From Antedon mediterranea (taxonomy: Eukaryota > Animalia > Echinodermata): a stretch of 64,000 nt of DNA. Shown one piece after another: positions 38,844-52,840 of the stretch (within the stretch, counting starts at the first letter, position 1; the number at the start of each line of letters is the position of its first letter). The DNA lies in contig NC_092670.1 in assembly GCF_964355755.1 (NCBI RefSeq), positions 21,314,795 to 21,378,794 on the forward strand. Direction: 5' to 3'. The notes beneath the pieces are model-generated. The model searched no databases. It was not told where the DNA came from and worked only from the letters and a program-made list of their open reading frames with translations. The translations under genes and the position numbers were made by a program.

Positions 38844-39006
38844 AGCTCTGTCTACACTTTCAAACTTTATGTGAAAAAAAAATGTGATGTGCCCATTTAT
38901 GGACATGATGATGTCATATCACTACCATATTTGGGAATATTACTACCATATTTATGCACATTATCACACTTTTTTATAAAACTAGTTTGATAGTGTAGAC
39001 AGAGCT
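38844..39006. mobile_element. MITE family A copy
   Basis: Near-perfect TIRs, TAA/TTA flanks. Confidence 0.85.
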
Positions 39007-39573
39007 TTAGGAGCATTAACGTTTCACATACAATCTTATTTAAAGTTATTCAAATGAAAGGAAGGGTGCTGGGGTAGGGTAGTGTGTTTTTAGACAATAT
39101 TCAAAAGATCACAGTTAACTTTGATATCCTTTGGAAGAAGAAAATAAAAACTTTGTTATACTAGGATAAACAATCACCTTGATGTGCAGTTTTTCAAGTA
39201 AGCACTGTTTATATAGAACAAGTTGTACATAAGTAAAGTTAATGAATAAATTTTAAAATAATGTAATAGTGTTTCTTCAAACCTTGAATTATTAATGAAT
39301 AAATTCATAGATTCATTACAGTATCTGATAAAAGGGACAATGTAGATAATACCAGAAGTACTTGATGTAAGTATGTTTAGTATGTATGTTATTTAGTACA
39401 GTATGTGTTTACCTAAAGTAAAGGTAACCCTAATAAACAATATTTAAAGATGTTTATTAAATTCAAGGACATTTGAGTCAAATCAGATTTTCTTGTTTGA
39501 ACCGTTTTTCACCTTTAGTATTTTGCATTTGTGTTGTAGGCCTATCATCTGTTTCCCTATGTAGGATTGTTTT

Positions 39574-39815
39574 TGGAGTGGAATTGTGGCTTGGTGGTTA
39601 TGATGCTTGATGCACTCCAAGGGTCCTGGGTTCAAGTCCCGTCACATGTCAGGATTTTTTCTAAGGACCAAATTACTCCACTCCCAAAGACTTGTAATAA
39701 GACTTTGTTGATCTTGTGTATATGTTTGTCTTGTGAACCTCTGAGGGTCCCTAATGATCAGCAATAGCTGGATGGATCACCCTCATTAAATATGGTTAAA
39801 AAAAAAAAAAAAAAA
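39574..39815 (+). mobile_element. tRNA-derived SINE with poly(A) tail
   Basis: A-box TGGCTTGGTGG, B-box GGTTCAAGTCC, about 18-nt A tail. The 3' end GAGGGTCCC...CACCCTCATTAAATAT recurs at about 13674-13705. Confidence 0.75.
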
Positions 39816-39864
39816 GAACTCCAGAGCCTGCGTAGTGTACTACTACTACTGTGAACTATATGTG

Positions 39865-40145
39865 TTTGTGTCTATTGCTACAAATGTTGGACTACTGATT
39901 GTGAGACCGTGGTTTATAATCCAACACTCGTCGCATTGGTTGTATATTAGGCAAGACACTTACTTTTTCCGCTCTTCACTCAGGTGTATAAATGAGTACG
40001 GTCAAAACACAATTCTGTGCTGATTCTTAACTGCATGCAACATGATTCATCCAAAAATGACCGGGGTAAATAATGAATAATAAAAGAACATCGATTAGAG
40101 GTTTCACAACAATAAGCGCTTTATAAATCCAGCAATATTATTATC
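39865..40145 (+). mobile_element. Degenerate SINE with CORE/Meta-like centre and L2-like tail
   Basis: GGCAAGACACTTAC...CAGGTGTATAAATGAGTAC and tail AAGCGCTTTATAAAT...(ATT)n. Confidence 0.5.
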
Positions 40146-42884
40146 AATATTAATTTATATAGACCTATACTTTTTGAATTATTTTTTTTCTGGTGGAACT
40201 AGCCTTAAAGCTCTCTGGCCTTATTTTAAGTTCTCCAGCATAAGTGCATTCAACTTTGAAAAAAAAACTCTCATGTTATTACATAATGATGTATCTTATG
40301 AAAATAAAATTGAATTGAATACAAATGGCGATATTACGTTCGTTCGTTTACCGTCAATCTCTTCTTCCGTCATTTCTACTAACCACATATCTTTATTTTT
40401 AGTTTCTTTAGACTAATCATTTCAAATTATTTAAGTAGGCCTATTCTTCTACTAGTTTGACATTTGTCAAAAATCTTCACCAACTGTTTCGTTTCCGATT
40501 ATTTGTGAGATTATCCCTCAGGTTATATGTTTCTTTTCAAGTAATTTGTAGGATTAAATGTCTTTCTTCTGCAAACATCCTGGTCATTGAACTTATTTGC
40601 GAGTCATAATTAATTAACTAAGTTCAGTAACCCTTTAAAATATTTGAAGAATAAATAGATTAGAATAATTGATAGAGGTTTTTGGTTTGAAGATTTTCGT
40701 CTATATTTCTCAAGGTCCGATTTCGAACTCACTTTTTTAAATGATATTGTTAATTTAAAAAGTATTGTTTCCAATTGCAATAAGTAGTCGATTACTTTCT
40801 TTTAATCTTTTTAGTATTTACTACAAAAAGCAAGAAATAGAGTAATATTACAAACTTTCATCAAAGCAAATATTCAAAACGTATTGCAATAAAAGAAACC
40901 GAAAAAAAGAAAGTAGTCAGTGACATTGAAAATTTACCTAAGAAGAAAAGCATTTAAACAACTTGCACTGCCCAGTAATTACGAAAAATTCCAGTCCTTT
41001 CCGGTGAGTTAAGAGAAACAATTTGTCCCTCAATATAATAAAACAGAGAACTTATTGAGAGGTGCTTCTATACCCTAATTATGTTAACTGCCTCACAGCA
41101 GTAGAACACCATACGTCTGATAACTTGTTGACATTCATGACTTCATATGTTATCGTAGAAGTTCGAACAATTGCCTTGTATAGGATACCAGTTCTAAAAT
41201 ATGTCGGTTATTATTGATTCTCAATACAGTACTTCCTTGTGAATTTCCAGGTGCCACATGTTTCGGCGGAGAAATTGGATTAATTTCAAAAAGTGTAGGC
41301 CTATGTACAATCTTTGTGCCTTTCAGAAAAAGGTTACAGTAGGCCCTATATTATAAGAAATAAGTAAACTAATGCACTAAAGTCGATCAAGAGTTGTATT
41401 TATTGACATTAAAACTTGTGACTTGCAGAATCAATAAGACATGTATCAACAGTAGTAGTAGCCTTCGGTGGCAAGTTTAGAGTAGCAAGACCGACAGCAG
41501 CGTGACTCAACAGCAGTAAGATTTGCAGTAGAAGCAAGACCGAACAGTGAGAACAGCAGCAATACCTGCAGCAGTGAAATGCAGCAAACAAGCAGAACAA
41601 GATCAGCAGCAACCAGATGTTTATTTATCAGCGATAAACACGCATGTATCGCGTTTTTTCATAAATGAAGTGGTATTTAGATCTTTATTGTTAGACCTAT
41701 GTAAGTAAGTTTGTAGGTTTGTAATTTTTTTGGATTGGAGCATCCTACTTGTTATTTTTCATCTTCACCGTTCCTCGCAAATATTTTTTTCTCATTATTG
41801 GCACACATTAATTGTATAATAATTTTTCTATCATAACCTGAGATTTAATCATAACCATTTTATAAAGTATACAATATTCTAAGTTTACCTCATCGCTTTT
41901 GTTTTTAATTTTTTATCAACATCTGTTTAGAAAATAATGGACGATATTTTTCCAATTTGCTGCATTCCTTTAAACTAGCAGCAAAGTTCACTTTCAATTT
42001 CTTTAGTGTATAACAACCACATTTACAATTTATTAATTTATTTAGGCCTATTTAATAAATCGTTTTAAATATTGTCATATACTGTATACAGTACACTATA
42101 TGTAAAAACATCTTTTTCCTCTTCCTTCCTTACTCCTCTCTATATATTTATTTCTAACCACATCTCCACCACCAGTCATTTGTGGTCACACGACCCATCC
42201 AAGACCCTGACTCTCATCTTCACCTAAAACAATATCAGGGTGGCCTAGTTCTATCACCTCTAGTATAACACTACCATTTCTAATATTAATATTAGCCTTA
42301 TAATCAGCCGAGGTGTAGGCTTCCACATTCTCACCAGGACGTCTTTGAGCACGGCAGTACATGATAGCCTAAAACCCGGGATCTCGGCGTGTTAACACCA
42401 ACAAAAAACGATTGTATTGGGCTTGAGTTTAAGCACGCGATAAGTGCCGACTTCAAAGGACCTGTTGTCTTATAGTGCTCCTACCAGCTGTATACGTCAA
42501 ACTTGGTTAAAATGGCCTGGGAATCAATTATGATATATGTATAGATTGTTCCAGTTATCATATGTACAAACTGTTCCATTGTTTGATCCAACAAGGTGTG
42601 TGGAAATGATTTCTGTCTAAGCCTAAAACTTTATGATACCACAAATAACTTTTTTCCAATTTTAAATTGTGCGTCGGAGAATTTTGATCTTTGATGAAAT
42701 TAGGGCTATTTATTATGTCATTGTTATAATGCCACTAAATTCTAAAATGATGAGAATACGAATAGTATCTTAATTTTCCTGTCCTTTAAACTCTAAAAAA
42801 GGCTAGAATTAAAAAACGAATCTTCTTCAATTATTAGCATAGGTTGAGAGTAGGCTAATAACCAACAAGTTTAGTTTAAAGAAC

Positions 42885-43207
42885 AACTGATGAGTTAAAG
42901 TCTAGACAGGACAGCAAAGAAAGAAATGATGAAAATATTTGTATATTTTTAAATAATCATTTAAATATTTGTCGCATTCTACAGACAGACACCCTACTTA
43001 GTTTCTTTGCAATTGGATTGGTCCATCTTTGGAAGACTTATGTTAACTAATGAGTTAAAGTCTAGACAGGACAGCAAAGAAAAAAAAAATGATGAAAATA
43101 TTTGTATATCTTAAATAATAATTCAAATATTTGTCGCATTCTACAGACAGACACCCTACTTAGTTTCTTTGCAATTGGATTGGTCCATCTTCGCAAGACT
43201 TATGTTA
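42885..43207. repeat. About 160-bp tandem duplication just upstream of the ADAMTS-like gene
   Basis: ATGAGTTAAAGTCTAGACAGGACAGCAAAG...AAGACTTATGTTA is present twice (about 42885 and 43045). Confidence 0.92.
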
Positions 43208-43382
43208 CTTGCGCATGTGCAAGGCGTGATTGAGACGTCTGCCCGGGACAGACGATAGTTTGTCAAATGCACAGTGGGCAAACAGTTACGATAGCTGAGC
43301 ACAGTACATATAAGTACAGTTTTGGTCAAATCCAAGCCATTATTTCTTTTCTCTTCGGTTTATTGTACATCTCATCGCCGAT

Positions 43383-46300
43383 ATGACTTATCTGCAACAT
43401 TTGATTTTATTTTGTGGTTTCATGGTAAGTAGCTCCTGTTTTCTCAAGCGCATCTTTTGCATAGAGGGTACTTACATGGTCAGAGTGATTCGCACAGATA
43501 TATCTGACGTTATTGGTAGGCCTAAGCATTTAGAGCACGTACTGATATGCGTTTGTAAGTGTTTGTGTTGTGTTTGCATTATTCTTTATAACTTAGCATA
43601 GGCCTACTTTGAATTGTTATGTTTAGTTTTGCAATATCTTGTTTAAAGCTTGGATGCTACAAAGTAGAATTATATTTACTTTTTAAAATTTAAATTCACA
43701 TTGTACTTAGTACTCTTAATGCAAATGAGTTTTACGTTTCAAAGTAAAAGCATGCTTGGGATACTTTACTTGTCTCAATTGGATTTCATGATTAAGTAAG
43801 ACTCGTTTATACCATGGCGGTAACTTCATGGTTTTACGCACAAAACAATGATACTGAAAACAAAAGGTTTAAAAACATTGTTTCATATCGTAGACGTAAA
43901 GGATAACCATTATTGTATACTGTCTCTGAGCAGAACTTTAAAAATGGAGTTATCAAAGCAATAGACATTAACTAAGTAAAGATTAGGCCTAAAGTGATTA
44001 ACAATTGAAAATCATATATATTTTCCACTTGTTATCTTATTCGTACTAGATGAATCAATATCTTAATTTTGTAAAGTTGACTTCAAAAAGTTTTGCTAAT
44101 TGTTTATCTACGCATGCGCAATGCATTCCAATACCGATTTCTTATATAAATATCGCTAATAATCTGCCGTTGGGCTTCTTGGGCTCCAGCAGAGAAGCAC
44201 TTAAGATCCGAGATGATGTTCACTGTCGAGAGAAAGAGGTTTTAATATTTCAATAAGAAGATCTTTGTTAAACAAATAGGATAATTTCAAATGTCAGCGT
44301 GTTATCTCTTCATAAAGGATCAGTACCGACTTCTTTACTCATCATCGCATCTTTACCCCAGGTCCAAACTAAATGTTTAATATAATGAGATGTTTGTATC
44401 TTTAAAATGATATGAAATCGGAATATTGAAGTGTGTATAAACCTATCGTATTGTTAGTGTGGAGTGCCACCACTATTACGATACCACAACAGTACAGTAT
44501 CAATATTGTAACCAGTAATTTGAATAATTGCCGATTCATAAATACACGTTTATTAATTGGAATAAAAAGGAGTAACACAACCTAAATTATTCTTAGAAAA
44601 CATTCAAACTGTTTTAAAGCTCATTCCTACTCTTTACAGACGATCAAAAACCAATCATTATTACCAGTCGTAAACTGGACTTTAGTAGAAAAAATAGTTT
44701 GTTCGGGAGCATGAAAGAAAAGATTTTCTCCTTCAAATAATTATATTTAATTATTTTTTTGAGATAACCTTCCGAAAATAATGCAATTTGTTCATATCGG
44801 TCGTACATGCAATACGAACGAATTCAGTTACAGTATCCTAAATTAATTAAATTAAAATGATATGTCCGCTAATTGCTGTTAGATCTTCAAAAGCATGTTG
44901 TAAAATTAGATTCAGATGTTTGGGGTATTTGGGGCTGCGAGGACGTGCCGAAACATAGGGACGAACCATCAGGCCATATTTGGAATAATAAGTGCGAAAT
45001 GGTAACCTACTGTGTGCGGGCATCGGCGTCTTCAAATAACTTATGTTATATTAATAACCCCGCAGCATCCCGTCTTCAGATAAAGGGTCTTCACAATCTT
45101 GTCAAATTGCTGTGGAGAGTGTCTGTACAAGTCTCTGTCGGCTATTCTTGACGAAACCGTCTAGATATCAGATTGTTGATTGGCTTAATAACTCAGATTA
45201 TTATCGATAATTTCTAACGTGTCTGAGTATAATAAACGCGTCAGTAAAGCCTTGTAATATGAAATCTAGACATCTACTTCTAAATATACACCTGCAGTGA
45301 GAGTAATTTGAACGAAGAGGTGGAATTATAAACGAATTGGATCGATGATCCGTCCGTCATGTAGGTACAGTACCTTTACTGTATCCTAATTTACTTGTTT
45401 TTATCTCTAGAAGGAATCGACTTTCGGTATTATTATTTTATTTGTAGGCCAAAAATTATAAACTATGTCAAAGCATAAAGGTATGATTGAGTTAAATTGA
45501 CATCTATTCAATTAATGTTAAGCTAATATATATGCCTATTGATTGAACCTAATGTCAGTGTCTGAGCGTTAAAATTCGATTATTTACATTTTGCACACAA
45601 AGTGTTGGAATTATTTAAACAATGACTTAAACTTATACAATAATGTTCATCCTATGTGTTTATATAACTACCAGGAAAGTGCTTTCGGTTAAAACTATCG
45701 ATTGCCGGCGGATGTAATGGTATCTACCAGAACTTTTATAATATGTTAGATTAATTCAGTTAGATCTTACAAAAATAGTAAAATAAATAGTATGGAATAT
45801 CATCTGCAACCTAGTTAGTTAACCTAAACATTTGACTGACGTCACCATCCATCTACGGCTGATATGATAAATACAATAATCCGACTATTTCAAGTAGTGT
45901 TTAAAACAAAGGATTATTTCGTTTATTAATACTGACTTTGTTCAATAAAGCATGCATGTTTATAAAATACATTATTTTATTTTGTAGATGTCGTCACTTG
46001 CAAGTACAATTCCATTACAACTGAGTACACACGGTAATAAAATCATGTCTTTTATCTCGTAATCAATTTCTTTGTAGGTTAAATATTTTTGAAGTTTTAT
46101 ATATATTCTGTATCCAAAACTAAAAGCTGATCTAGGCTCTAGTAGACTTACCCCAAGTCTGTATTCATTGTCTTTTTTTATTTAGTTGTTTTTATTTCGA
46201 TTTTTGTCTGAAAACTCCGTCTGGAACCCAGACTAGGGCTCTAGGTGTAAGTACCACTTTCACTTGAATCCTGTTAATTAAGAAAGCTTTAATTTGATAC

Positions 46301-49300
46301 TGGAACCCCCCACTTCATACTCTTCATTCAGTGTAAATTATTTCAAAAACGTAATTAGAAATTCAAACTTTTAGCATTCAACTTGTTCTTTATCTACAGA
46401 AGTGACAGACTTCTCTTACGTGCATCCATTTCGGTCCACTTCCGATGGCAGACTTCTCAGCCATGACTTATCATTGGCAGACCATCGCATGCGTACCAAA
46501 CGCTCTCTTGCAGACTATAAAACAGTTTCGCACTCTTATGTTACATTGGATCTTAAAATCGATAACCAGCCGTTACGATTGACTTTAGACTTGTCATATG
46601 ACGTTGATCTTATAATGTCACCTGACGTAAGGGTAGCGGAAGATGATGGTGACATCTTTGTAGAAGATTTTGATACTTCATGTTTCCATGTTGGTCACGT
46701 GATGAATTATCCTCGTTCAAATCTTGCTATTAGCAGTTGTGGTGGCGTTATTGTAAGTAAGAATTTATTAAACTTAATTACAGTATCTAAAATCATGTTT
46801 GAACGACTTAAGAATCCTGGTTTAAATAATAAAAATTATTTATGATTGTTTTACAGACTGGTTTGATATCTATCAACGGAACAGAGTATGCAATAGAACC
46901 GGAACCTACGGAGTTTAGGCCTATTGGTGGCACTCCAAAGTTGCAAAATAAAGGGCGGCACATTTTCTACAGACGATCACAATCAGAGAGAAACATTACA
47001 GTTAACCATTCAGACGGTGAGTTTTGACACATTTTACTCCTTACGTTTCCTCCGTGTACCAAACAGTAGACCTAAGTTTAATTGTAAAATACCTGTATTT
47101 GTTCTCTCTTTCTCAATGACAATAAATTACCAATCTTTATCCTCATTTCCATTATTAAAACAATGCACAATATTATATTTATATATTACTCTCTTTTCAA
47201 AAGAAATTCTTAATGCTGTATTCTATAACATACGAATAATACTTCTTGCAATTGCTTCTTATGAAAATAATAAAATACTTAATTTTATTCAGTAATACTA
47301 CGATATATTTACAATTTGAATTTGTAATTACTTTTATTGTTAGACTTTCATAGGCTATAACTTAAAATATTTGGTTACGTTCTTAATGATTGTTTTTTAT
47401 TCCAAATGCGATATTAATGTTGATTCTATTTAAAAAAAATAATAAAATCATGTTCCTGCAATAGCAATTGACAATTTGTAATAAGGATATAGTTAATGTT
47501 AATAAACTGAATTAATTCGTGCAATCTCTTTTAGATAATGTTTTATCAAGGTATCGACGTCGGGCTCAATCTTTGAAGAGACGTCCGAGATTTTACATAG
47601 AAACCATGCTTTTACTTGATAATTCTGTAATCAAGGTTGTAGGGAAAAAATTTGTTCACAACTACATCGTTATGTTAATATCACAGGTAATTGAATATTT
47701 TAAAAAGTAATAATTTTTAAAAACATGAAAAAATCAAAAGTCATCAAATACCGTAGTAATTTTCAAATTAGTTGAATTGGACTTTGGTGAAGATTTTATA
47801 AAGATAAAGATAAAATGACTGAACAATACCTTGCTGAGTTTATTTATTTTAACCTTGTTGTTGTTTTAACCTTAACGCATATTCTTTTTATTTTGCAATA
47901 TTAGGTAAACGAGATTTTTCAACATCCATCTCTCAAGTTTGATGTCACTGTTTATATAACAGACATCATAAAACTCAGCAAATCTAAGGTTAGTTTCTAA
48001 TCACAAAATGTCTCTATTGCAATTTGCATATCATATGTCTATAAGCAATAAAACATTAACAATTCAGAATTTAATTATAGAGAATGTGCCTTTCCATTTT
48101 TGTGTCCGCGCTTGTACGTCATTCATTGTTTTCTATACCCTACGTCACAGGAATAATAACACACCATATTTTTTATTTTAGTCAAAAAAGTTTCCTTCAA
48201 GTAATAAATCTCAACTTTTGGCTTCTGTTTGTGAATATCGAAAGAAGATGAATCCAAAGTCCAACACAAACCCCAGGCACAGCGATGCAATCGTGTACCT
48301 TACAAGAAAATCATTCAATTCCTTTCGTAAGTGTGTTTTGTGTTTGTCAAAAATCATGAGTGAAATGTTCAACTAAACTAGGTTTGTAAAGTATTAGTTT
48401 GTTTGTTATCATTTCAGAGGGACATAGTCATGTTGGGAGGATGTGTGCCGATAGCTGTTCAATAGTACAAGATCATGGCTCAAATACTGCCAGTGTAATG
48501 GCGCACGAGATTGGGCATCTGTAAGTAAAATTATACCTTTGAATTATAGAGTTTAAATAACAAAACAAAAAGTCCATCAATAACTTGTCGTCTGATCTGT
48601 TTCAGACTATCGATGGTCCATGATGACGAAGAGAACTGTAGAGATAACGCGTACAGCGTAATGTCATCAACAATCAGATCCAAGTCGACCCATTGGTCGA
48701 GCTGTAGCAGTAAAAGCTTGAAAAAGTTTTTATCAACAAGGTATGAAGTTATATTAGGCCTATACAAGTTTACATAATACTAATTATAATTCGTTAGATA
48801 GTCTCATCAATTTGTTAATTTATATATACAAAATTGTATATCATTTTTTCTTCTTCAAATGTTTATCCTTGTACCTCAACAGTCAGTCATCATGTTTAAA
48901 AGACCGTCCTCATCTCCGAACTTTAAAATTAACTACTCCACCAACTTTACCTGGTAGAGGAATAAGTCGAACTCATCTCTGCCGTCAAGAATTTGGATCT
49001 GGATATAAAATGTACAAAGAGGTAGGCCTAATATATAGAACTTTAGAAAAGTACGATGTGTATGTTATAATACGTAGGCCTAATCTGAATTAATGCTTGG
49101 TTCCCACTAGAGACGCAACACAAGTACGTAACGCAACGTAAATGAGTTGAGCGATGACTTATTCGAACTGTCGCTTGTCATTGGTCAACACGCTTGCGTT
49201 GCGTTTACGTCCTTGCGTTACATCCTATTAGGAATCAAGCTTAATTAAGCATACACCATCAATTGTTTTTCTTTTTTTGTTCTTCAGAATTCTCGTAATT

Positions 49301-49739
49301 GTGATGAATTAGTCTGTATTCGCAGCGATGGCTTTTGCCGAATATTCCGTAAAATTTTGGAAGGAACGTCATGTGGTTCTAATATGGTAAGAAAAGAAAA
49401 CTGTGTTTATAGTTCTAAGAAGACTCAGACCATATTACGGCAAAATATAATTTCCTAACGTTTAGTAATGACGCAACGCAACGACGAAGGCGCAACGCAA
49501 TGGAGTCAAAAGCGACAGGATGGTGATCCATGGAGTCGTGATTCGTCAAATTACTTGCGCTTACGTTTTTGCGTTTGGTCCTAGTGGGAACCACGTTTTG
49601 GCCTATACTAAAAAGAGTATATCGATCGTTTAGTCTTTCGATAGTTATAACATATAGATAAATAAACCGGCATATTTAATGGTAACTGTTTTGTTTGTTA
49701 CAGGAATGCAGGCGAAATAAATGTGTTCGAAGAAGTTAA
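43383..49739 (+). CDS. Short ADAMTS-like (M12B reprolysin) secreted zinc metalloprotease
   Basis: Putative signal MTYLQHLILFCGFM-MSSLAST. Prodomain CFHVGHV...LAISSCGG...GLISINGTEYAIEP. Furin-like RYRRR. FYIETMLLLD, HSDAIVYLTR, HEIGHLLSMVHD, Met-turn VMSS, WSSCS, CLKDRP. Disintegrin-like PG...C...FG...EGTSCGSNMECRRNKCV, then TAA. Exon 1 assignment is inferred. Confidence 0.85.
49094..49241. mobile_element. MITE family B copy
   Basis: GCTTGGTTCCCACTAG...GGAATCAAGCT with TAA on both flanks and internal ACGCAA/TTGCGT repeats. Confidence 0.75.
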
Positions 49740-50038
49740 TAGAAATAGAGGAAAAGCTCACTCGCAATACGTCCTAAATGTTATGAACCATCGCAGCTTG
49801 AAGTTGGTGTTGAAATAGTTAATCTAAGACCGTATCGTAACTCATCACTACCTCATATATTGTTTGTGATATCTAAAGAGGTTACCGTTTAGTTGGGCCC
49901 ATTCAGGCATGATTTATCCAAGTAAGTTGGTTCCATCGACATAGTTATCGCTAAACTTTTAAAGGTCAACAACTTACCCGGGTAAATAGCTACGCCTCAA
50001 CGGGCTATCATGTCGTCAAACTGCTGGTATTTTGCTTA

Positions 50039-50140
50039 AGCCCTGTCTACACTATTAAACTTAATGTGACAAAAAAATGTGATGCGCCCACGATGATGTC
50101 ATATCACTACCATATTTGGACATATTACTATCATATTTGA
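50039..50140. mobile_element. MITE family A, truncated copy
   Basis: AGCCCTGTCTACACTATTAAAC plus internal motifs. Confidence 0.7.
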
Positions 50141-50959
50141 GGATTTCTATTGCAAATTATTAGTTGTTTATGTAAAAAGTAATGTGCAAATTAGTTATAA
50201 CATTTCGGCAGTATCCAGCTCAGTGACATTTTCGATTGTGTAACATGTAGGCCTAAAATATATTTTTGTAATGAATTCTATTTCGACCTAAGAGAAAAAC
50301 AAGTGTGTGTTAAATAATGTGTGTGTTTGTATAAATTGTAAATAAAGAATGATATATACGTTTTTACTAATTTGTCAATGATATTATGCTTATAATAATA
50401 ATCATCATTATTGTAAAACTGAATAATTTTCTTGTTAAATTATGTAAATTCATCTTTGTAAAATAATGTGTAAATAAAGTATATGCATATTTATTGTACC
50501 ACCATCCGTGTCTCTTCAAACTATCTTGACGCGAATCATAATGGTGTCTTTACTTGCATCGAATAAACTAATAGGCCTTATTATACCTATATTTTTTTAT
50601 TTATGGGTTTCTTCCATCTTTATTCATTCATTAATGTAAGCATTTGCAGTATTATTATATATTTTATTTAATTTCTCTTATTTTGGACTTCATATCCATA
50701 AAAGGGAGAGACACACCTTACCGGTGACAGCGTTTTGTTTAATGCTTTTGTCTCTCCTCGGCTTCGTGTCTTGTCCTTCATATATTTATTTTTCTATGTT
50801 TTTGTAACTATTAGTTTATGTTTATTGCCGAAATGAATAAAAATAGAATAAACGGTACATAAACAAAGGTTACTCAACAATCTGACAACAGCCTACATTT
50901 AAGTTGACTTCACTAAAAAAGAAAAACCTTTTTTCTAAAGCTTCGATTCAGCTATAGCA

Positions 50960-51670
50960 TTTTCGTTCAGAACGCACTAGTGGGTTTAAGCAAGAAATAA
51001 TTTCACTCTTTTAATAAAGGTATCTATTTGAAAGTTAATATTGTATGCCGTTCTATCAACACTAAATTTGGAAGGAAGATATGGTCGAACTTTATGTTGC
51101 GTAGGAATTAAGGCGGCAGATAACTGGGGTACATTTGTAAAATTGCCGTTTAGATCTCATAAGCAAATGGTGGCAGTATTCCAAATTCTTTCAAAAATGT
51201 CCAAAAGTTACATCTGTATGCAAAAAAATAAGAGAAGAAACAATTCATAAACAACATAGCAGCACAGAAAGTTACAAGTATTTAATCATTGGAAGGAAAG
51301 GCGAAAACGGTAATAATTTCTTTGTCATTTTTAGGATTGTCTCCTTAATAGCACAACAACTGGTTTAATAAGAGTTTAGTTCATTCTTATTCTATGCATT
51401 ATCAACATAGGCCTAACTGATTAGTTCTATATAATAGATTAATGTCGTTTGACGGGAGGTGGTCAAACTTGTGTTTCTATATTTAACCAAGGCAATCAAA
51501 CACCTCAACAAAAATATTGAATGGAGAGCTGCTGAGATAGGCAAAAGAAATATTTTTGTTAAAAGTAAAAGAAATTCTAAATTAATATCAGTAGCTAACG
51601 ATAAAAGGTGGAAATTATATGCTTGTCTTATATACAAAGTTAAAACAATAACGGAAACAAACAATATTAT
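50960..51670 (-). mobile_element. Possible highly degenerate CR1/L2-group LINE fragment
   Basis: Broken minus-strand peptides such as HSIFLLRCLIALVKYRNT and KEFGILP resemble post-RT LINE sequence. Weak. Confidence 0.3.
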
Positions 51671-52359
51671 TAAAGATGAAGTTTCAACAAAAATTGAATC
51701 GAAAAAAAAATGTATTTACCTGAAAATACTGTAATTTAAAGAAAAAAATGGTCTTTGGTTGGTTTGACCTCTTTATGTGAGAAAACATTATTTAAACATG
51801 GTAGTGATATTACATCATCATGTCCATATATGGGCACATCACGTATTTTTGTCACTTAAAGTTGAAGTCTTATTGATATTTAAAAATTAGTTTGAATTAT
51901 TTGCATTTGTTGACAGTTTGTACTGCAAAATGCAAGGATTGAATCCTACAATAAAAATCCGACATTAAAAAATGATTACTTTCCATTGTTTTCTGATGTT
52001 TATTTTACAGTATAGGTCTAGTTTAACATGAAAATATAATTGTAATTACGGATAGTGTACAACTTTGTTGGATGAAATTTGATCAAAAATTAGATCGAAA
52101 AACAACACTGAAAAATTGTATTTAACCAAAATTAAATTGTAACTGTATTTTGTCTTGTTAAATAAGCAAAACATTTGTTTTGTTTGATTTTTTGGTGTTT
52201 TTTTTTTTTTTTTGGCAAAAGTGAGTTTTCTAAAACTAAAAAATGGCCAATTCAAATTTAGATTCATCTTTTTAAAAATAAAGTTAAGGGGTTTTTTGCG
52301 CTACTTATTAAAAGCTCTGATAGTCATTACATTGTATTTATTGTCTATTATAAACATTC

Positions 52360-52840
52360 CAATACAGATCTTTGTGTATCCGAGCCAACTCCTTGGTCAG
52401 AAAATTTTTTATGTGTTCTATCAATGTGAAATGTGTTTTATTTAGAACATATTGTGTAAATATGTATTGTGCTACATTATGTTGCAACTATAATCAAGGT
52501 ACCTTGCGATCTCTCCAGGTATGCTACAATAATGGTTTAAGAATGTTGTTGCAAAGGCCTCGACATTGCAGTGCCAGCCTCATGTTTACGGAATGTAGAA
52601 TTCCCTCTTTTGATGAATTGTTAAGAATATCAATATATGGCCTGATGTGTAGACTTAATGCAAGCAAAAATATTTTAATCTCAACGATTATAAGCAACGT
52701 CTTAGTTAAGTCGAAGATGCTCTCCAGATGGAATGTCATCCTGAGATGAGTACTAGTAATTTTGTTTATTTTATTTATTTCATTTATATGTAATTTACTT
52801 TCTATGGACCAGAGTTTCCGAAATAAAAGATTGAATGAAA
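52360..52840 (+). mobile_element. 5'-truncated non-LTR retrotransposon (ORF2 C-terminus plus 3' UTR)
   Basis: RANSLVRKFFMCSINVKCVLFRTYC...LQVCYNNGLRMLL...SASLMF is typical of the post-RT region of CR1/L2-group LINEs. Ends AATAAAAGATTGAATGAA. Confidence 0.75.

Noticed and set aside
39574-39650. tRNA gene
   Set aside because: A and B boxes are present but there is no clean cloverleaf. It continues into a SINE body and poly(A).
41445-41615. CAG/AGC-rich stretch as a poly-Q exon
   Set aside because: No consistent frame or splice sites. It is low-complexity, possibly a repeat fragment.
44920-44975. Hammerhead ribozyme-like CTGCGAG...GAAAC
   Set aside because: The core does not match CUGANGA and the flanking stems are not convincing. 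The same applies to the minus-strand CTGATGA near 38650, which lacks GAAA.
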